DNA of 63,688 nt, filler included, from Pseudomonadota bacterium (GCA_043820105.1; 6 parts of 6 records of this genome joined end to end with filler, not necessarily neighbours in it), one strand, 5' to 3'; positions 40,864-52,499 are shown, counted from the first letter of the whole stretch. Translations and numbers: made by a program. Notes: generated by a model from the letters alone, not told the origin.

Positions 40864-42441
40864 TTATTTAGCGTAATCAACGGCTCTTACTTCTCGAATA
40901 ACTGTGATTTTAATTTGACCAGGATAGGAAAGCTCTTTTTCGATTTTTTTTGCAATATCTCTTGCTAAGACTGTAGATTTTTCATCTGAAATTTCTTTGC
41001 TGTTAACTGTAATTCTAACTTCTCTTCCAGCTTGAATTGCAAATGTTTTTTCAACGCCTTCAAACTCATTTGCGATTTTTTCAATATCTTCAATTCTTTT
41101 AATATAGCTTTCAAGCATTTCTTTTCTAGCGCCAGGACGAGCTCCTGAGAGACTGTCAGCTGCTTGGATAATAACATCATAAATTGACTCTGGCTTAATA
41201 TCCTCATGGTGGGCCCTTATTGCTTGTACTATCTGAAAATTTTCACCATGCTTTTTAGCGAAATCAGCACCAATAACTGCATGTGTTCCTTCAACTTCAT
41301 GGTCAATTGCCTTACCAATGTCATGCAATAAACCAGCACGTTTAGCAATTTTTGGATTAACACCCAGTTCAGATGCAATAGCTCCTGCGATAAAAGCTAC
41401 TTCCATAGAGTGCTGGTATTGATTCTGTGAATAGCTGTACCTATATTTTAAACTACCTAATAGTTTTATTATTTCTGGATGAATACCGTGCAAACCAAGG
41501 TCAAAGGTAGCTTGTTCACCAGCTTCTTTAATTCCCATTTGTACTTCTTTTTCAGCTTTTTTAACAACCTCTTCAATTCTGGCAGGGTGTATTCTGCCAT
41601 CATTTATAAGTTTTTCAAGGGATATTTTTGCTACTTCACGTCTAACTGGGCTGTAGCCAGATAAAATAACTGCTTCAGGAGTATCATCAATTATTAAATC
41701 AACACCAGTTGCTGCTTCCAAAGATTTAATATTTCTACCTTCACGACCAATAATCCTACCTTTCATCTCATCTGATGGAAGGTTAACAACAGTAACTGTT
41801 CTTTCTGTAATGTAGTCTCCAGAATATCTCTGAACAGCTGTTGCAATAATTTTTTTAGCTTCTTTTTCAGCATTGTTCTTTGCTTCTTCTTCAATCTCTC
41901 TTACTTTTTTAGCTGAATCATGTTTTGCTTCATCAATAATCATATCCATCAGTTTCTGTTTTGCTTCTTCTGGTGTGAGGCCTGCGACTTTTTCAAGTTG
42001 TTTTTTGCTTTCGAATATTAACTTGTTATATTCCTCTTTTTTCGTTTCAATTTGTTGGGCTTCATTGCTTATTTGTTGATCTTTTCTTTTTAATTCAGCC
42101 TCTTTTGAATCTATTAGATTCATCTTTTTTTCTAAATTTTCTTCTTTATGATTGAGTCTTTTTTCAAGATGATGCAGTTCTTTTTTTTGCTCTCTAGTGT
42201 CTTTTTCAAAATTAGTTTTCATTGTAAAATGCAGATCTTTTGATTTTAGAGAAGCTTCTTTAAGTATTGTTTGAGCTTCCCTTTGGGCGGAATCAATGAT
42301 TTCTTTACTTTTTAAATTAGCTTTTCCAGTTTTTGATTCTGTTATTTTCTTTAAAATTACATATCCTAGAAAAAATCCTATTAGTAAAATAGAAGCTGCA
42401 ATAATAATTAAATAAACTGGATTGTTAAGTATCTCATTCAA
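40864..42441 (-). CDS. rny: Ribonuclease Y
   Basis: N-terminal TM helix, coiled coil, KH domain ([12 protein letters not shown]), HD domain (LLHDIGK). Confidence 0.97.
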   Translation of the reverse strand: MNEILNNPVYLIIIAASILLIGFFLGYVILKKITESKTGKANLKSKEIIDSAQREAQTILKEASLKSKDLHFTMKTNFEKDTREQKKELHHLEKRLNHKEENLEKKMNLIDSKEAELKRKDQQISNEAQQIETKKEEYNKLIFESKKQLEKVAGLTPEEAKQKLMDMIIDEAKHDSAKKVREIEEEAKNNAEKEAKKIIATAVQRYSGDYITERTVTVVNLPSDEMKGRIIGREGRNIKSLEAATGVDLIIDDTPEAVILSGYSPVRREVAKISLEKLINDGRIHPARIEEVVKKAEKEVQMGIKEAGEQATFDLGLHGIHPEIIKLLGSLKYRYSYSQNQYQHSMEVAFIAGAIASELGVNPKIAKRAGLLHDIGKAIDHEVEGTHAVIGADFAKKHGENFQIVQAIRAHHEDIKPESIYDVIIQAADSLSGARPGARKEMLESYIKRIEDIEKIANEFEGVEKTFAIQAGREVRITVNSKEISDEKSTVLARDIAKKIEKELSYPGQIKITVIREVRAVDYAK

Positions 42442-42584
42442 TGGGACACCTCCTATAATAAAAGTTCTTTTAATAAAAAGAACGAATTAAAACTGGTAAC
42501 ATTTATCTTCTAACATAATTAAATAAGAGTTTGGAAATGATTTTATTAGGCTTTAACTATTATAAAAAAGGTTGGAAATTTATT

Positions 42585-42929
42585 CTAAAACAAATTTAAA
42601 ATTTTATCATCCTCTGCGTTTTTTTTCTCATTTTTTGTATTGTTTTGTTGTTCAATATTTGTATCTATTATATTAATAATATTTTCAGCTTTTGAAAAAA
42701 TTTCCTTTTTTAACTTTTTATTAGTTTTGTTCTCCTGAATAAAATCACTTGCAATATTTAGTGCTGCCAGAAATAAAATATTAGTTTGTGGTAAATTATG
42801 AACTTTTGAATAAACCTCTTCAGTTTTTTTCTTTAAATATGAGATAACTTCTAAAACTTCTTCCTCTGAAGCATCGCTTAATAAATTATACTCATTACCA
42901 AGTAATTCTACCTTATAGGTCTTTTTCAA
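42585..42929 (-). CDS. zapA: Cell division protein ZapA
   Basis: VELLGNEY and LAALNIA motifs; upstream of rny. Confidence 0.85.
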   Translation of the reverse strand: MKKTYKVELLGNEYNLLSDASEEEVLEVISYLKKKTEEVYSKVHNLPQTNILFLAALNIASDFIQENKTNKKLKKEIFSKAENIINIIDTNIEQQNNTKNEKKNAEDDKILNLF

Positions 42930-43160
42930 ATGAAATTCCCCACGAATATTTCAAAACGGTTTACACCAGTTAAGCAATAATTTAAAGTAATGCTATAATG
43001 AAGTCAAGAAATAAGNNNNNNNNNNNNNNNNNNNNNNNNNNNNNNNNNNNNNNNNNNNNTTAATTAATTAANNNNNNNNNNNNNNNNNNNNNNNNNNNNN
43101 NNNNNNNNNNNNNNNAACTATTTGTAACAAATACTTTATCAGTCTGATAATAACACTTTA

Positions 43161-43184
43161 TCCTGAAACAAGTTCAGGATGACA
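43161..43184. repeat. REP-like half element
   Basis: TCCTGAAACAAGTTCAGGATGACA, similar to 9682-9704; further GGAATGACA motifs nearby. Confidence 0.65.
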
Positions 43185-43379
43185 GGATGGGACATTTGGA
43201 ATGACAAGAAAAATAAAAACTGTAAACGAATTAGTTAACATCTACAGGAATGACAAGACACGAAACGCGAAAGTCCTATAATTATTAAATTAAAATACTT
43301 CAGGGCGCGTCCCTGGTTTTTTGTTGATTTTATATTTGATAAATGATAAGATTTAGGTAATAATTTTTATTATTATTTT

Positions 43380-45847
43380 ATGTCAATATTATCTAAATTT
43401 TTTGGTGATGCCAATAAAAAAACAATAAAAGTTCTTCAGGCTCAGGTAAATGAGATTAACGCGCTTGAATCAAAATTTGAAAAGTTTTCTGATGCAAAAT
43501 TGAAAGAGCAGACAAAAAAATGGCGTGAAGAATTAGAAGATAAAAGTTTTGAAGAACAGCAGGAAATTTTAAATAAAATTTTACCTTCTGCTTTTTGCGT
43601 TGTGCGCGAAGCTGGTAAACGGACTTTGAAACAAAAGCATTATGATGTTCAATGTATTGCCGGAATTGTTTTACATCAGGGCAACATCGCTGAAATGAAA
43701 ACTGGTGAAGGAAAAACGCTTGCTTCAACTTTAAGCATATATTTAAATGCCTTAACTGGACATGGTGTTCATGTTATTACTGTTAATGATTATTTATCTC
43801 GTCGTGATATGGTTTGGATGGGACAGATTTATTCTTTTTTAGGGCTTTCAGTTAGCTGTTTAAACCATGAAACTTCTTATATTTACAACAAAGCCATAAA
43901 ATCAGATAAAGCTGATGAAGAAAGAGACAATGATGGAGGTTTTAAAGTTGTTGAAGATTTTTTGCAACCAGTAGCAAGAAAGGAAGCATATAAAGCAGAT
44001 ATAACTTATGGCACAAATAATGAATTTGGTTTTGACTATCTGCGTGACAATATGGCGCAGAATCTAGAGCAGAAAGTCCAGCGAGAATTACACTATGCAA
44101 TAGTTGATGAGGTTGACTCTATTTTAATTGATGAGGCTCGCACACCTTTAATAATTTCTTCTCCGGATACTTCACCAACCGGTAAGTATATGGAATTTTC
44201 TCGTTTAGTTGCTCGTTTAAAGGAAATAGAAGATTATAATATTGATGAAAAAATGCGTGCAACTACTTTAACCGAAGAGGGTATCAGAAAAATGGAAGAG
44301 TGGCTTGGTGTTGAGAATATCTATACAGACCGCGGTATGCGTGATGTTCATCATATTGAACAAGCCCTGAAGGCAAGAGTTTTATTTAAAAAAGATAAAG
44401 ATTATGTAATAAATAATGGGGAAATAGTTATCGTGGACGAGTTTACAGGTCGTTTGATGTTTGGCCGTCGTTATAGTGATGGATTACACCAGGCAATTGA
44501 AGCTAAAGAAAATGTTGAAATCAAACAAGAATCAATTACAATGGCAACTATTACTTTTCAGAATTATTTTAGGATGTATAAAAAATTAGCAGGCATGACA
44601 GGCACTGCGGCAACTGAAAGCGAGGAGTTTTCTAAAATATATAATTTAGATGTAGTTGTTATTCCAACCAATAAACCAACTATTCGTGAAGATAAAAATG
44701 ATGTAATCTATAAAACAGAAAAAGAAAAATATAACGCAATAGTTGAAGAGATAAAACTTCGTAATGAATTGGGCCAGCCAGTTTTAGTTGGCACTATTTC
44801 AATTTCACATAACGAAAACTTATCTGAATTATTAAAAAGAGAGGGAGTCACACATCAGATTTTAAACGCAAAATTTCACGAAACAGAGGGTGAGATTATT
44901 GCGCAAGCCGGCAGAAAAGGATCTGTTACAATAGCGACAAACATGGCAGGTCGCGGAGTAGATATTGTTTTGGGTGGCAACCCAAGCACACCAGCTGAAC
45001 AAGAAGAAGTTAAAAAATTAGGTGGTTTATTTGTATTGGGCACAGAGAGGCATGAGTCACGCAGAATAGACAATCAATTGCGCGGACGTTCTGGTCGACA
45101 GGGCGACCCAGGTAGCTCTCAATTTTTTGTTTCTATGGAAGACGATTTAATGCGTATTTTTGGTGGTGAGCGTATGAAAAATTTATTACAGACGCTTGGC
45201 TTGCCTGAAGGAATGCCAATTGAAAATAAAATGATTTCAAATCAAATTGAAAAAGCCCAGCAAAAAGTTGAAGGACATAATTTTGATATACGCAAACACC
45301 TGGTTGAGTATGATGATGTAATAAATAAACACAGAGAAACTATATACAGAAAAAGAAATGAAATTCTTAAAGAAAGTAAAAAAGAGCAAGAGGAAATTAA
45401 AGATAATAAACTTAAGAATATTATTTTAGAGTATATTAAACAGGAAATTCAAAGTGTTGTCAATTTTCATATACAATCAGAAGTAGAAAGTGAGTGGAAT
45501 TTAGATGAAATTTATGAGACAATGGATACGATTTTTCCAGTTCCAATTGATGTAAGAATAAATTTAGAAGAAATAAAAGATAAAGACGAGTCAATAAATA
45601 ACAGGCAACAGATAATAAATTATTTATATAGTTTAGCAGTTAAACAATATGAAAATTTAGAAGAAAAAATAGATTCTGATAAACGTATAAAAGAGCAAAT
45701 GCCTGATATAAAAAGGCCAATGACAATAATTGAAAGGTCAATGCTTTTGCGTTCAATTGATATGTTGTGGGTGGAGCACATAGATTCCATTGATCATATG
45801 CGCCAAGGTATTGGTTTAAGAGGTTATGGTCAAAAAGATCCGCTTGT
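43380..45847 (+). CDS. secA: Preprotein translocase SecA (3' end truncated by contig end)
   Basis: EMKTGEGKT, VDEVDSILIDEARTPLIIS, GRSGRQGDPG and GLRGYGQKDPL motifs. Confidence 0.97.
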
Positions 45848-45947
45848 NNNNNNNNNNNNNNNNNNNNNNNNNNNNNNNNNNNNNNNNNNNNTTAATTAAT
45901 TAANNNNNNNNNNNNNNNNNNNNNNNNNNNNNNNNNNNNNNNNNNNN

Positions 45948-46158
45948 AGAGAGGTTTGAGAAAGAGTTCCCAAATTTGAAGATTGCCCATGTATCCTTTT
46001 CAGTCCCGTTTCGCTACCTCTTAAGCGGCGGCCTCTCAATCAGAAGCCTTGTTCCTTCTTTTCTTTATGAAGTAGTAAAGGCAGTAGAGTTTATTCTTTC
46101 ACCACTTAATAGGTATTTGGGAATGTTTATGAGGATTGAGTTGATAAGATGCAGATAA
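45948..46158 (+). CDS. 3' end of a gene cut by the contig start (possibly a methyltransferase)
   Basis: Open frame ...PFRYLLSGGLSIRSLVP...GMFMRIELIRCR* overlapping the glycosyltransferase start. Confidence 0.5.
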
Positions 46159-47099
46159 AAAGGAGTTTGATAAAAGATATTAAAATATCAATTGTTATTC
46201 CTTCACACAACGAAGAAAAAAATGTTCAGATATTGGCAAATAAATTGGTGGATACCTTAAAAGATTGCTATGATTATGAAATAATCTTTGTTGATGATGG
46301 AAGCACAGATAACACCTTGAGTGAACTCAAAGAATTGAATAAAAGGAATAATAAGATTCATTATATATCATTTTCCAGAAACTTCGGGCATCAAAATGCT
46401 TTAAGGGCAGGATTGGATTGTATCACCGGAAGTTGTGCAATATCAATGGATGCTGATTTGCAACATCCAGTAGAATTGATTCCGCAGATGATTGACAAAT
46501 GGATTGAAGGATATGGCATTGTCTATACTATTAGAGAGGAGAATAAAAAAGATTCTTTTTTTAAGCGAAAGACTGCCAATACCTTTTACAGAATAATGAA
46601 CTATATGTCAGGTTTAAGATTAGAAAAGGGATCTGCAGATTTCAGGCTTATGGATAAATCCGTTGTGGAGGTTTTAAGAAATTTTAAGGAGATGAATATC
46701 TTTTATAGGGGAATTATATCCTGGCTTGGTTTTAAGCAATATGGGATCAGCTATTTTCCAAATGAACGCTTGCACGGAAAAACAAAATATACTGTAAGAA
46801 AAATGGCTCTGCTTGCCTTTAATGGTCTCACTTCATTTAGTATATTGCCACTTCAAATTTCTACTGTTTTAGGGGCTGCTATTTCATTTTTAGCGTTCAG
46901 TTATGGTATTTATGCAATTATCATAAAAATAGTTGCAAATAAAGCAATTTCAGGATGGGCATCTGTAATGGTAGGTGTTTTCTTTTTAGGGGGAATACAG
47001 TTATTGATGTTGGGAATTATTGGCAATTATATTGGTAAACTGTTTCTTGAGGCAAAAAGAAGACCAAACTACATTATTGAAGAGATGAGCTTATTATAA
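46149..47099 (+). CDS. GT2 polyprenol-phosphate glycosyltransferase (GtrB/YkoT-like)
   Basis: VDDGSTD, SRNFGHQ, MDADLQHP, DFRLMD motifs, two C-terminal TM helices, KRRPNY. Confidence 0.92.
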   Translation: MQIKRSLIKDIKISIVIPSHNEEKNVQILANKLVDTLKDCYDYEIIFVDDGSTDNTLSELKELNKRNNKIHYISFSRNFGHQNALRAGLDCITGSCAISMDADLQHPVELIPQMIDKWIEGYGIVYTIREENKKDSFFKRKTANTFYRIMNYMSGLRLEKGSADFRLMDKSVVEVLRNFKEMNIFYRGIISWLGFKQYGISYFPNERLHGKTKYTVRKMALLAFNGLTSFSILPLQISTVLGAAISFLAFSYGIYAIIIKIVANKAISGWASVMVGVFFLGGIQLLMLGIIGNYIGKLFLEAKRRPNYIIEEMSLL

Positions 47100-47127
47100 A
47101 AAGATTTCTTTTTAGCAGGAGGAAAAA

Positions 47128-47898
47128 GTGAACAAAATTGAAAAGCAAAAAGAGCATTTTAATAATATTGCACAAAAATATTTCAAAGAAAGACAAAGCA
47201 AAACACATTTACTTATTAAAAAATTAATGTGGCAACACTTTTTTAAGGATAAAGTATATCTAAAGATCGACGATCAAACGGTTTTAGAACCAATGTGCGG
47301 ATATTGTGAAGGCAAAAAAATTATAGAAGATCACTTGGGGATTAAAATCATCTATGAAGGGTTTGATTATAGCGATATAATGGTAGATTTAGCAAAATCA
47401 AATGATCCCTGTTTGAATGTTTATAAAATGGATGTTACAAAGTTTCAAACTGATAAAAAGTATGATATTGTTATTATTATTGGTGGATTGCATCATGTGT
47501 TCAAGCATTCAGAACAGGTAGTTGAGATGGTTGGCGATGTTTTAAAAAGGAGTGGTTATTTTATTTGTTTGGAACCTACTCATAACAATTTTCTTTTTAA
47601 GAAAATAAGGGAATTAATTTATAAGAAAAATATGCTTTTTGATGAGAATACAGAAAAGGCATTTGAATTAAAAAAACTTAACACGATATTTTTATCCAAT
47701 AATTTTGAAATTATAGACCAAATATATCCAGGACTTTCTTCCTATGTGTTGTTTTACAATCCAGATGCGTTTCCTTTTTTGAATTTTGGGGGAAAATTTT
47801 TGGTTAGGATATTATTTGATTTAGATAAATTATTTTTTAACAATTTTATTGGAAAATTCTTCTCTTTTGCAACATTAACCATATTAAAGAAAAAATGA
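47128..47898 (+). CDS. Class I SAM-dependent methyltransferase
   Basis: VLEPMCGYCEG motif I, GFDYS, GGLHH, LKRSGYF..LEP. Confidence 0.85.
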   Translation: MNKIEKQKEHFNNIAQKYFKERQSKTHLLIKKLMWQHFFKDKVYLKIDDQTVLEPMCGYCEGKKIIEDHLGIKIIYEGFDYSDIMVDLAKSNDPCLNVYKMDVTKFQTDKKYDIVIIIGGLHHVFKHSEQVVEMVGDVLKRSGYFICLEPTHNNFLFKKIRELIYKKNMLFDENTEKAFELKKLNTIFLSNNFEIIDQIYPGLSSYVLFYNPDAFPFLNFGGKFLVRILFDLDKLFFNNFIGKFFSFATLTILKKK

Positions 47899-48131
47899 CC
47901 AAACCTTTGCAAATTTTGCCATTACCAAACAATAATAAAAAACGAATAAGTAATGAGTGGATAGCTATGTTACTCATTTTTATTTGGCCACTTATTTATC
48001 TGTTTCCATATCTTATTCCCAATCAGTCATTTTCACTTTCAATCAGTAATGATTTCTATACAGTTTATTATGTTTATAAAGCTTATTTATTGGATGTACT
48101 CAGCAATTTCAGGATGCCCCTTTGGTCACCA
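47895..48131 (+). CDS. Membrane protein, possibly a YfhO-like GT-C glycosyltransferase (partial)
   Basis: TM helix then NDF...Y...PLWSP; truncated by the contig end. Confidence 0.55.
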
Positions 48132-48231
48132 NNNNNNNNNNNNNNNNNNNNNNNNNNNNNNNNNNNNNNNNNNNNTTAATTAATTAANNNNNNNNNNNNN
48201 NNNNNNNNNNNNNNNNNNNNNNNNNNNNNNN

Positions 48232-48709
48232 AAGCAACCTTAGCTGTCTCTCCAACCTCAAGTTCCTTTATTGAAATAACAGATGATGTAACTTGCTTTG
48301 CAAAAATCTTACAGCATTCGCCTTCTGGTATTGGTTTCCCATGAGGACATTCCCTGGGATGACCTAAAAGTGTACAAATCCCATCTAGAAGTTCAATATT
48401 CATGGTGTGCTCAAATTCATCAGCTCCCTTTTCATATTCAAGACCCAAAACATCTCGAATAAGCCTTTCGGCTAGCCTGTGTGCTCTAATTACCTGACGA
48501 GCCTGCCTTTCTCCGTATTCGGTTAAAGTTACCTGTGCTTCATCTTTTTCAACCTTTACAATACCTTCATTGATCAATTCCTGAAAAAAATCTTTATTGA
48601 ACTTTACATGTAATTTCTTTTTTAGCTCATCAATAGATTTTATTTTTTTTTCTTTCATAGACCAAAGCTGTTCCAGATATTCATCTCTTTCTCGTTTTTT
48701 ATTATTCAT
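48232..48709 (-). CDS. DtxR/MntR-family metal-dependent regulator with FeoA domain (partial)
   Basis: DEYLE, HRLAERL, ADEFEH and GHPRECPHGKPIP motifs. Confidence 0.88.
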
Positions 48710-48718
48710 TTGTATCCC

Positions 48719-50629
48719 TTAAAAGAATATGTGTAGTAATTTATTTAAAATTCCCGCGAAAATAAAAGCTGATGTATTAATAATAAACACCATAACAAGC
48801 CCTCTCTTAACACCCAATTCCTTACACATTGCTACAATATTAGCAAAGCATGGCACAAACATTGTTGTAATCACAACAGCAACAATACTTTGAATAAAAT
48901 CAATCGAACCTGAGTTTACCATTTTGAAAATTAATCCCGCTGCTGCTTCGTGCCTAGCCATTGTAAGGATTAGGGCGTCGACCATATCAATAGGCAGACC
49001 AAGCCAATTTGTAATAATCGGATCCAAAGCACGTTTTAATAAATCGAGAAGGCCAGACTTATCCAAGGTAAATAAAACTAAGGCAGCAATAATAAAAATT
49101 GGAACAGCCTCCTTTAAAAACCATAAAAGCCTATAGTATGTTTTAATAAAAATCGCCTTAAGATTTGGCACCCTAATTGGTGGAAGCTCTTGAATATAGT
49201 TAGAAGGAGCATCATCTTTTATTATTTTATTTAATACAAACCCTGCCATTACTTCAAGAAATAATAAGGCTCCAAAAGCAATTAAAAAAGCTAAAACTCC
49301 CACTTTTCCTAAAATAGCCATATTTAAACCAAATTGTGCTGAACAAGGAATGGCAAAGGCTATCAAGTAAATAGCAATATATTTTTCTTTCTTAGAGGTA
49401 AGGCCTCTTGTTGTTAATGTTGCCATTGTCTTACAACCAAAACCCAAAACCAGTGGCATAATAGACTTTCCAGAAATACCAATATATTTAAACAGTCTGC
49501 TTGTAAGAACTGTTAAATTTGGTAAATATCCAATATCCTCCAAGGCTCCAAACATAAGAAAAAAAACAGATAATATAGGCAAAACAGTAACAACTGCATT
49601 AAATAAACCCAGAGTTAAAATCCCATAATCCCCAAGTAAAAAGTCATTAACAAAGGCACTGCCAGTAATTGTAGAGATATAACTAAGCATTGGATCAACT
49701 ATAAATCCAGACAAGCTTCCTTCTATAAAACCAGCTACATTTACAACCAAAAAGTATGATAAAAAAATAAAGGCAAGTAGTATTGGAATTCCAAGAACAG
49801 GGTGTCTGCAGGCTCTGGCAAAAGCCTCTAGATATATAAAATTCTTTCTTTTATTTTTATTGCTAACTTTTTCATAAATTTCAGAAGACCACATTGTCTG
49901 TACTCTTCGAATAGCCCTTCCTAGACTCCCAATAAATAAGTTCCTAATAATATTTTCTTGCTCATAAAAAATTAAAACTTCTTCATTAGATAAGTCTTTT
50001 TCAAAAACACCATAGATAGTCTTATCGTTTTCAAGGGTTAGGATCGCTAATTTTCTTTTAAAACTAATATCTTCGGGAAGTTTTTCCTCCAGTGTTTTAA
50101 TATATTCCTCAATACGATCTGGGTATATGATCTTGTCATCAATAATTGTTGCATTTTCAATCGCCTTGAAAACCTTAGCTCGTTTGCTTTCCCCTATATC
50201 AAGAATTTCAACAACAGGTATTTTTAGTATTTTTGAAAGCCTTAGAGAGTTAACTCTGATTCCCTTTTGATAAGTTTCAGAAACAGCACTTAAAACAATT
50301 ATCATAGGAATCTTTAATTCAAGCAAATCAGCTGTTAAATCAAGGGATTGCTTAAGCTGATTAGCATCAATACATTGAATTAAAACCTCTGGCTTTTCAT
50401 CAAATATTAGGTTGCGAACAACAAGCTCTTCTTCAGAATGAATAAAAAAAGAATGCAAGCCAGGGGTGTCAAAAAAAAGATATTCTTTGCCTCCCAAATC
50501 AATCTTTTTTTTCTTAGGTTCAACAGTTGTTAAGGGATAATTTGCAACAATAGAGTAATCTCCTGTTAGCATATGATAAAGATGGCTTTTTCCTGTGTTT
50601 GGTAAGCCTACAATAGCTATCTTCTTCAT
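48719..50629 (-). CDS. feoB: Ferrous iron transporter FeoB
   Basis: GLPNTGKS, NYPLTT, DTPG, LEDIGY, LGFGC, PCSAQ and ELPP motifs. Confidence 0.9.
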   Translation of the reverse strand: MKKIAIVGLPNTGKSHLYHMLTGDYSIVANYPLTTVEPKKKKIDLGGKEYLFFDTPGLHSFFIHSEEELVVRNLIFDEKPEVLIQCIDANQLKQSLDLTADLLELKIPMIIVLSAVSETYQKGIRVNSLRLSKILKIPVVEILDIGESKRAKVFKAIENATIIDDKIIYPDRIEEYIKTLEEKLPEDISFKRKLAILTLENDKTIYGVFEKDLSNEEVLIFYEQENIIRNLFIGSLGRAIRRVQTMWSSEIYEKVSNKNKRKNFIYLEAFARACRHPVLGIPILLAFIFLSYFLVVNVAGFIEGSLSGFIVDPMLSYISTITGSAFVNDFLLGDYGILTLGLFNAVVTVLPILSVFFLMFGALEDIGYLPNLTVLTSRLFKYIGISGKSIMPLVLGFGCKTMATLTTRGLTSKKEKYIAIYLIAFAIPCSAQFGLNMAILGKVGVLAFLIAFGALLFLEVMAGFVLNKIIKDDAPSNYIQELPPIRVPNLKAIFIKTYYRLLWFLKEAVPIFIIAALVLFTLDKSGLLDLLKRALDPIITNWLGLPIDMVDALILTMARHEAAAGLIFKMVNSGSIDFIQSIVAVVITTMFVPCFANIVAMCKELGVKRGLVMVFIINTSAFIFAGILNKLLHIFF

Positions 50630-51081
50630 TTTTTGCTTTCCCTAACTTCAAAACAAGCATTACAATATCCTGAAATCTGCACAGTATGAGAAGTAATGTG
50701 AAATTTGCTTTTTTTGGCAACCTTTATTATTCGTTTTTCAAGTTTTTTATCTGTAAATTCGATTAGTTGGCTACATTCCATGCAGCACAAATGCTCATGA
50801 TGTTCATGACCATAGATATGTTCATACCTGGCACGACCATCTCCAATGTCAATCTTCCTAATAAGCTCACACTCGTCTAGATGAACCAAAGTCCTATAGA
50901 TAGTTGCCCTACTTACTTTTTTCCTAGAAGTCAGAAAAGCTTGAATAATTTCTTCTGCCTCAAAATGTTCATGATTTTTATAAATTTCATCTAAAATTAG
51001 TTTTCTTTGAAGCGTAAGAGTAAGACCTTTATGCTTCAAATACTCACGAAACTGGTTTTCAACTTCAATCCTATCAAACAC
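50626..51081 (-). CDS. fur: Fur-family transcriptional regulator
   Basis: TLQRKLIL, SRATIYRTL, HHEHLCCMEC and GYCNAC motifs. Confidence 0.88.
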   Translation of the reverse strand: MFDRIEVENQFREYLKHKGLTLTLQRKLILDEIYKNHEHFEAEEIIQAFLTSRKKVSRATIYRTLVHLDECELIRKIDIGDGRARYEHIYGHEHHEHLCCMECSQLIEFTDKKLEKRIIKVAKKSKFHITSHTVQISGYCNACFEVRESKK

Positions 51082-51111
51082 TGTTACCTCTTACAATATA
51101 TTAATTTTCGC

Positions 51112-51132
51112 GATTGAGACTCAGTCTCAATC
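51112..51132. promoter_or_regulatory. Perfect 10-1-10 palindromic operator (putative Fur/DtxR box)
   Basis: GATTGAGACT-C-AGTCTCAATC, 30 bp upstream of fur-feoB-dtxR. Confidence 0.75.
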
Positions 51133-51347
51133 ATTCACCTCCGTACTGATTTTTTCCATAAATAGCAAGTGGTTTCTTGTAATCAAAACAATCAATAATT
51201 AATAATTAATTTTCAATTCTTAATGGGAAGAGAACTAGTCCAAGTAAAGTTTGTAGCGAAATGCTTTTGAGGCAGGATCATCTGGTTTTATTTTTAACAT
51301 CTATTTCTTCAGGATTTTTGCGATAAACCTTCCCTCAAATATTCATT

Positions 51348-52361
51348 CTATAAAGCGATATATTTTGTATAAATCGATTTTGCGAGCTCTAAATCACTTG
51401 TCCCTTTAATAATTGCTCTTCCATCTGAAAAAATTGTAATATCATATTTTTCAGTTAAAAAGCGAAGCATATATTCATTGATCTGAGCCTTGTGGATCTG
51501 TGATAGTGATTTATTTATTTTAGCAAGATCAATAGATCCCCTTCCATTTATATGCACTGCATTTCTGCCGCACAGACAGATTCCATCAAGACTTCCATGA
51601 CCATTTAAATAGCGAAAATCTTGTTCTTTACAAGTCAGGCAGTTTGGATTTTTATCAAATATTATTTTATCAAAGGTATTATTCCAAAGATCCATTGTGA
51701 TAATCTCCTGCTGCCTATATTTTCCCAGGAGAATTTTCAGACCAATTAATGTACTAAAAGAAGCCAAAGCATTTACTGTAACACCTAATATTCCAGCAGT
51801 ATCACAAGTATCTAAAGAACCAGGATCAGGCAGATCTTCAATTAAACAAGAAAAACATGCTGTTTTTTGTGGAATAATTCCAAAGCATTGTCCGTGACTT
51901 CCCAAAACACCAGTGTGAATCCAGGGAATTTGGTTTTTAATAGAAAAATCATTTATTAAAAAACGAGTATAGAAATTATCAGTCCCATCAAAAATCAAAT
52001 CAACATCTTTGACCATTGAATCTATATTTTTATAGTTTAAATCTGAAACAAAGTTAACAATTTCCACACCTGAATTTATTTTTTTAAGCTTTTCAGTGGC
52101 TGCAATAGCCTTTGGAAGATTCTTTGCAATATCTTCTTCATCAAAAAGATTTTGGCGAGCCAAATTATCAAGCTCAACATAGTCTCTGTCTATTATAATT
52201 AGTTTTTTTATGCCGGCTCGCACAAGATTTGACGCAATTGAAGAACCCGTGGCTCCTATCCCAACAAGACAAACAGTAGAATTTGATATTTTTCTTTGCC
52301 CTTTGAGCCCAATTTCCTTAAACAACATTTGCTTAGTATATCTACCTAAATCCACCTTCAT
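51348..52361 (-). CDS. ThiF/MoeB-family adenylyltransferase
   Basis: GIGATG, DRDYVELDNLARQ, DGTDN, CFSC...TCDTAG, CLTC and LCGRNAV motifs. Confidence 0.92.
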   Translation of the reverse strand: MKVDLGRYTKQMLFKEIGLKGQRKISNSTVCLVGIGATGSSIASNLVRAGIKKLIIIDRDYVELDNLARQNLFDEEDIAKNLPKAIAATEKLKKINSGVEIVNFVSDLNYKNIDSMVKDVDLIFDGTDNFYTRFLINDFSIKNQIPWIHTGVLGSHGQCFGIIPQKTACFSCLIEDLPDPGSLDTCDTAGILGVTVNALASFSTLIGLKILLGKYRQQEIITMDLWNNTFDKIIFDKNPNCLTCKEQDFRYLNGHGSLDGICLCGRNAVHINGRGSIDLAKINKSLSQIHKAQINEYMLRFLTEKYDITIFSDGRAIIKGTSDLELAKSIYTKYIAL

Positions 52362-52370
52362 TCCCTTAAA

Positions 52371-52490
52371 ATTAATTATTAATTATTATTTATTACTTAT
52401 TGATTATTCTAAACACGCACAAACCTGAAAATAATCAATAATTAATAAATAATAATTAATAAATAATAATCAACAATCAATTCTCAATAA
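52371..52490. repeat. Inverted pair of AT-rich heptamer arrays
   Basis: (AATTATT)-like units, spacer, then (AATAATT)-like units; similar arrays near 29790-29830, 37810-37845 and 51190-51220. Confidence 0.75.
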
Positions 52491-52499
52491 AACAAACCA

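Noticed and set aside
42442-42584. 6S RNA, often found downstream of zapA
   Set aside because: The spacer is about 140 nt and AT-rich, with no long central stem recognisable.
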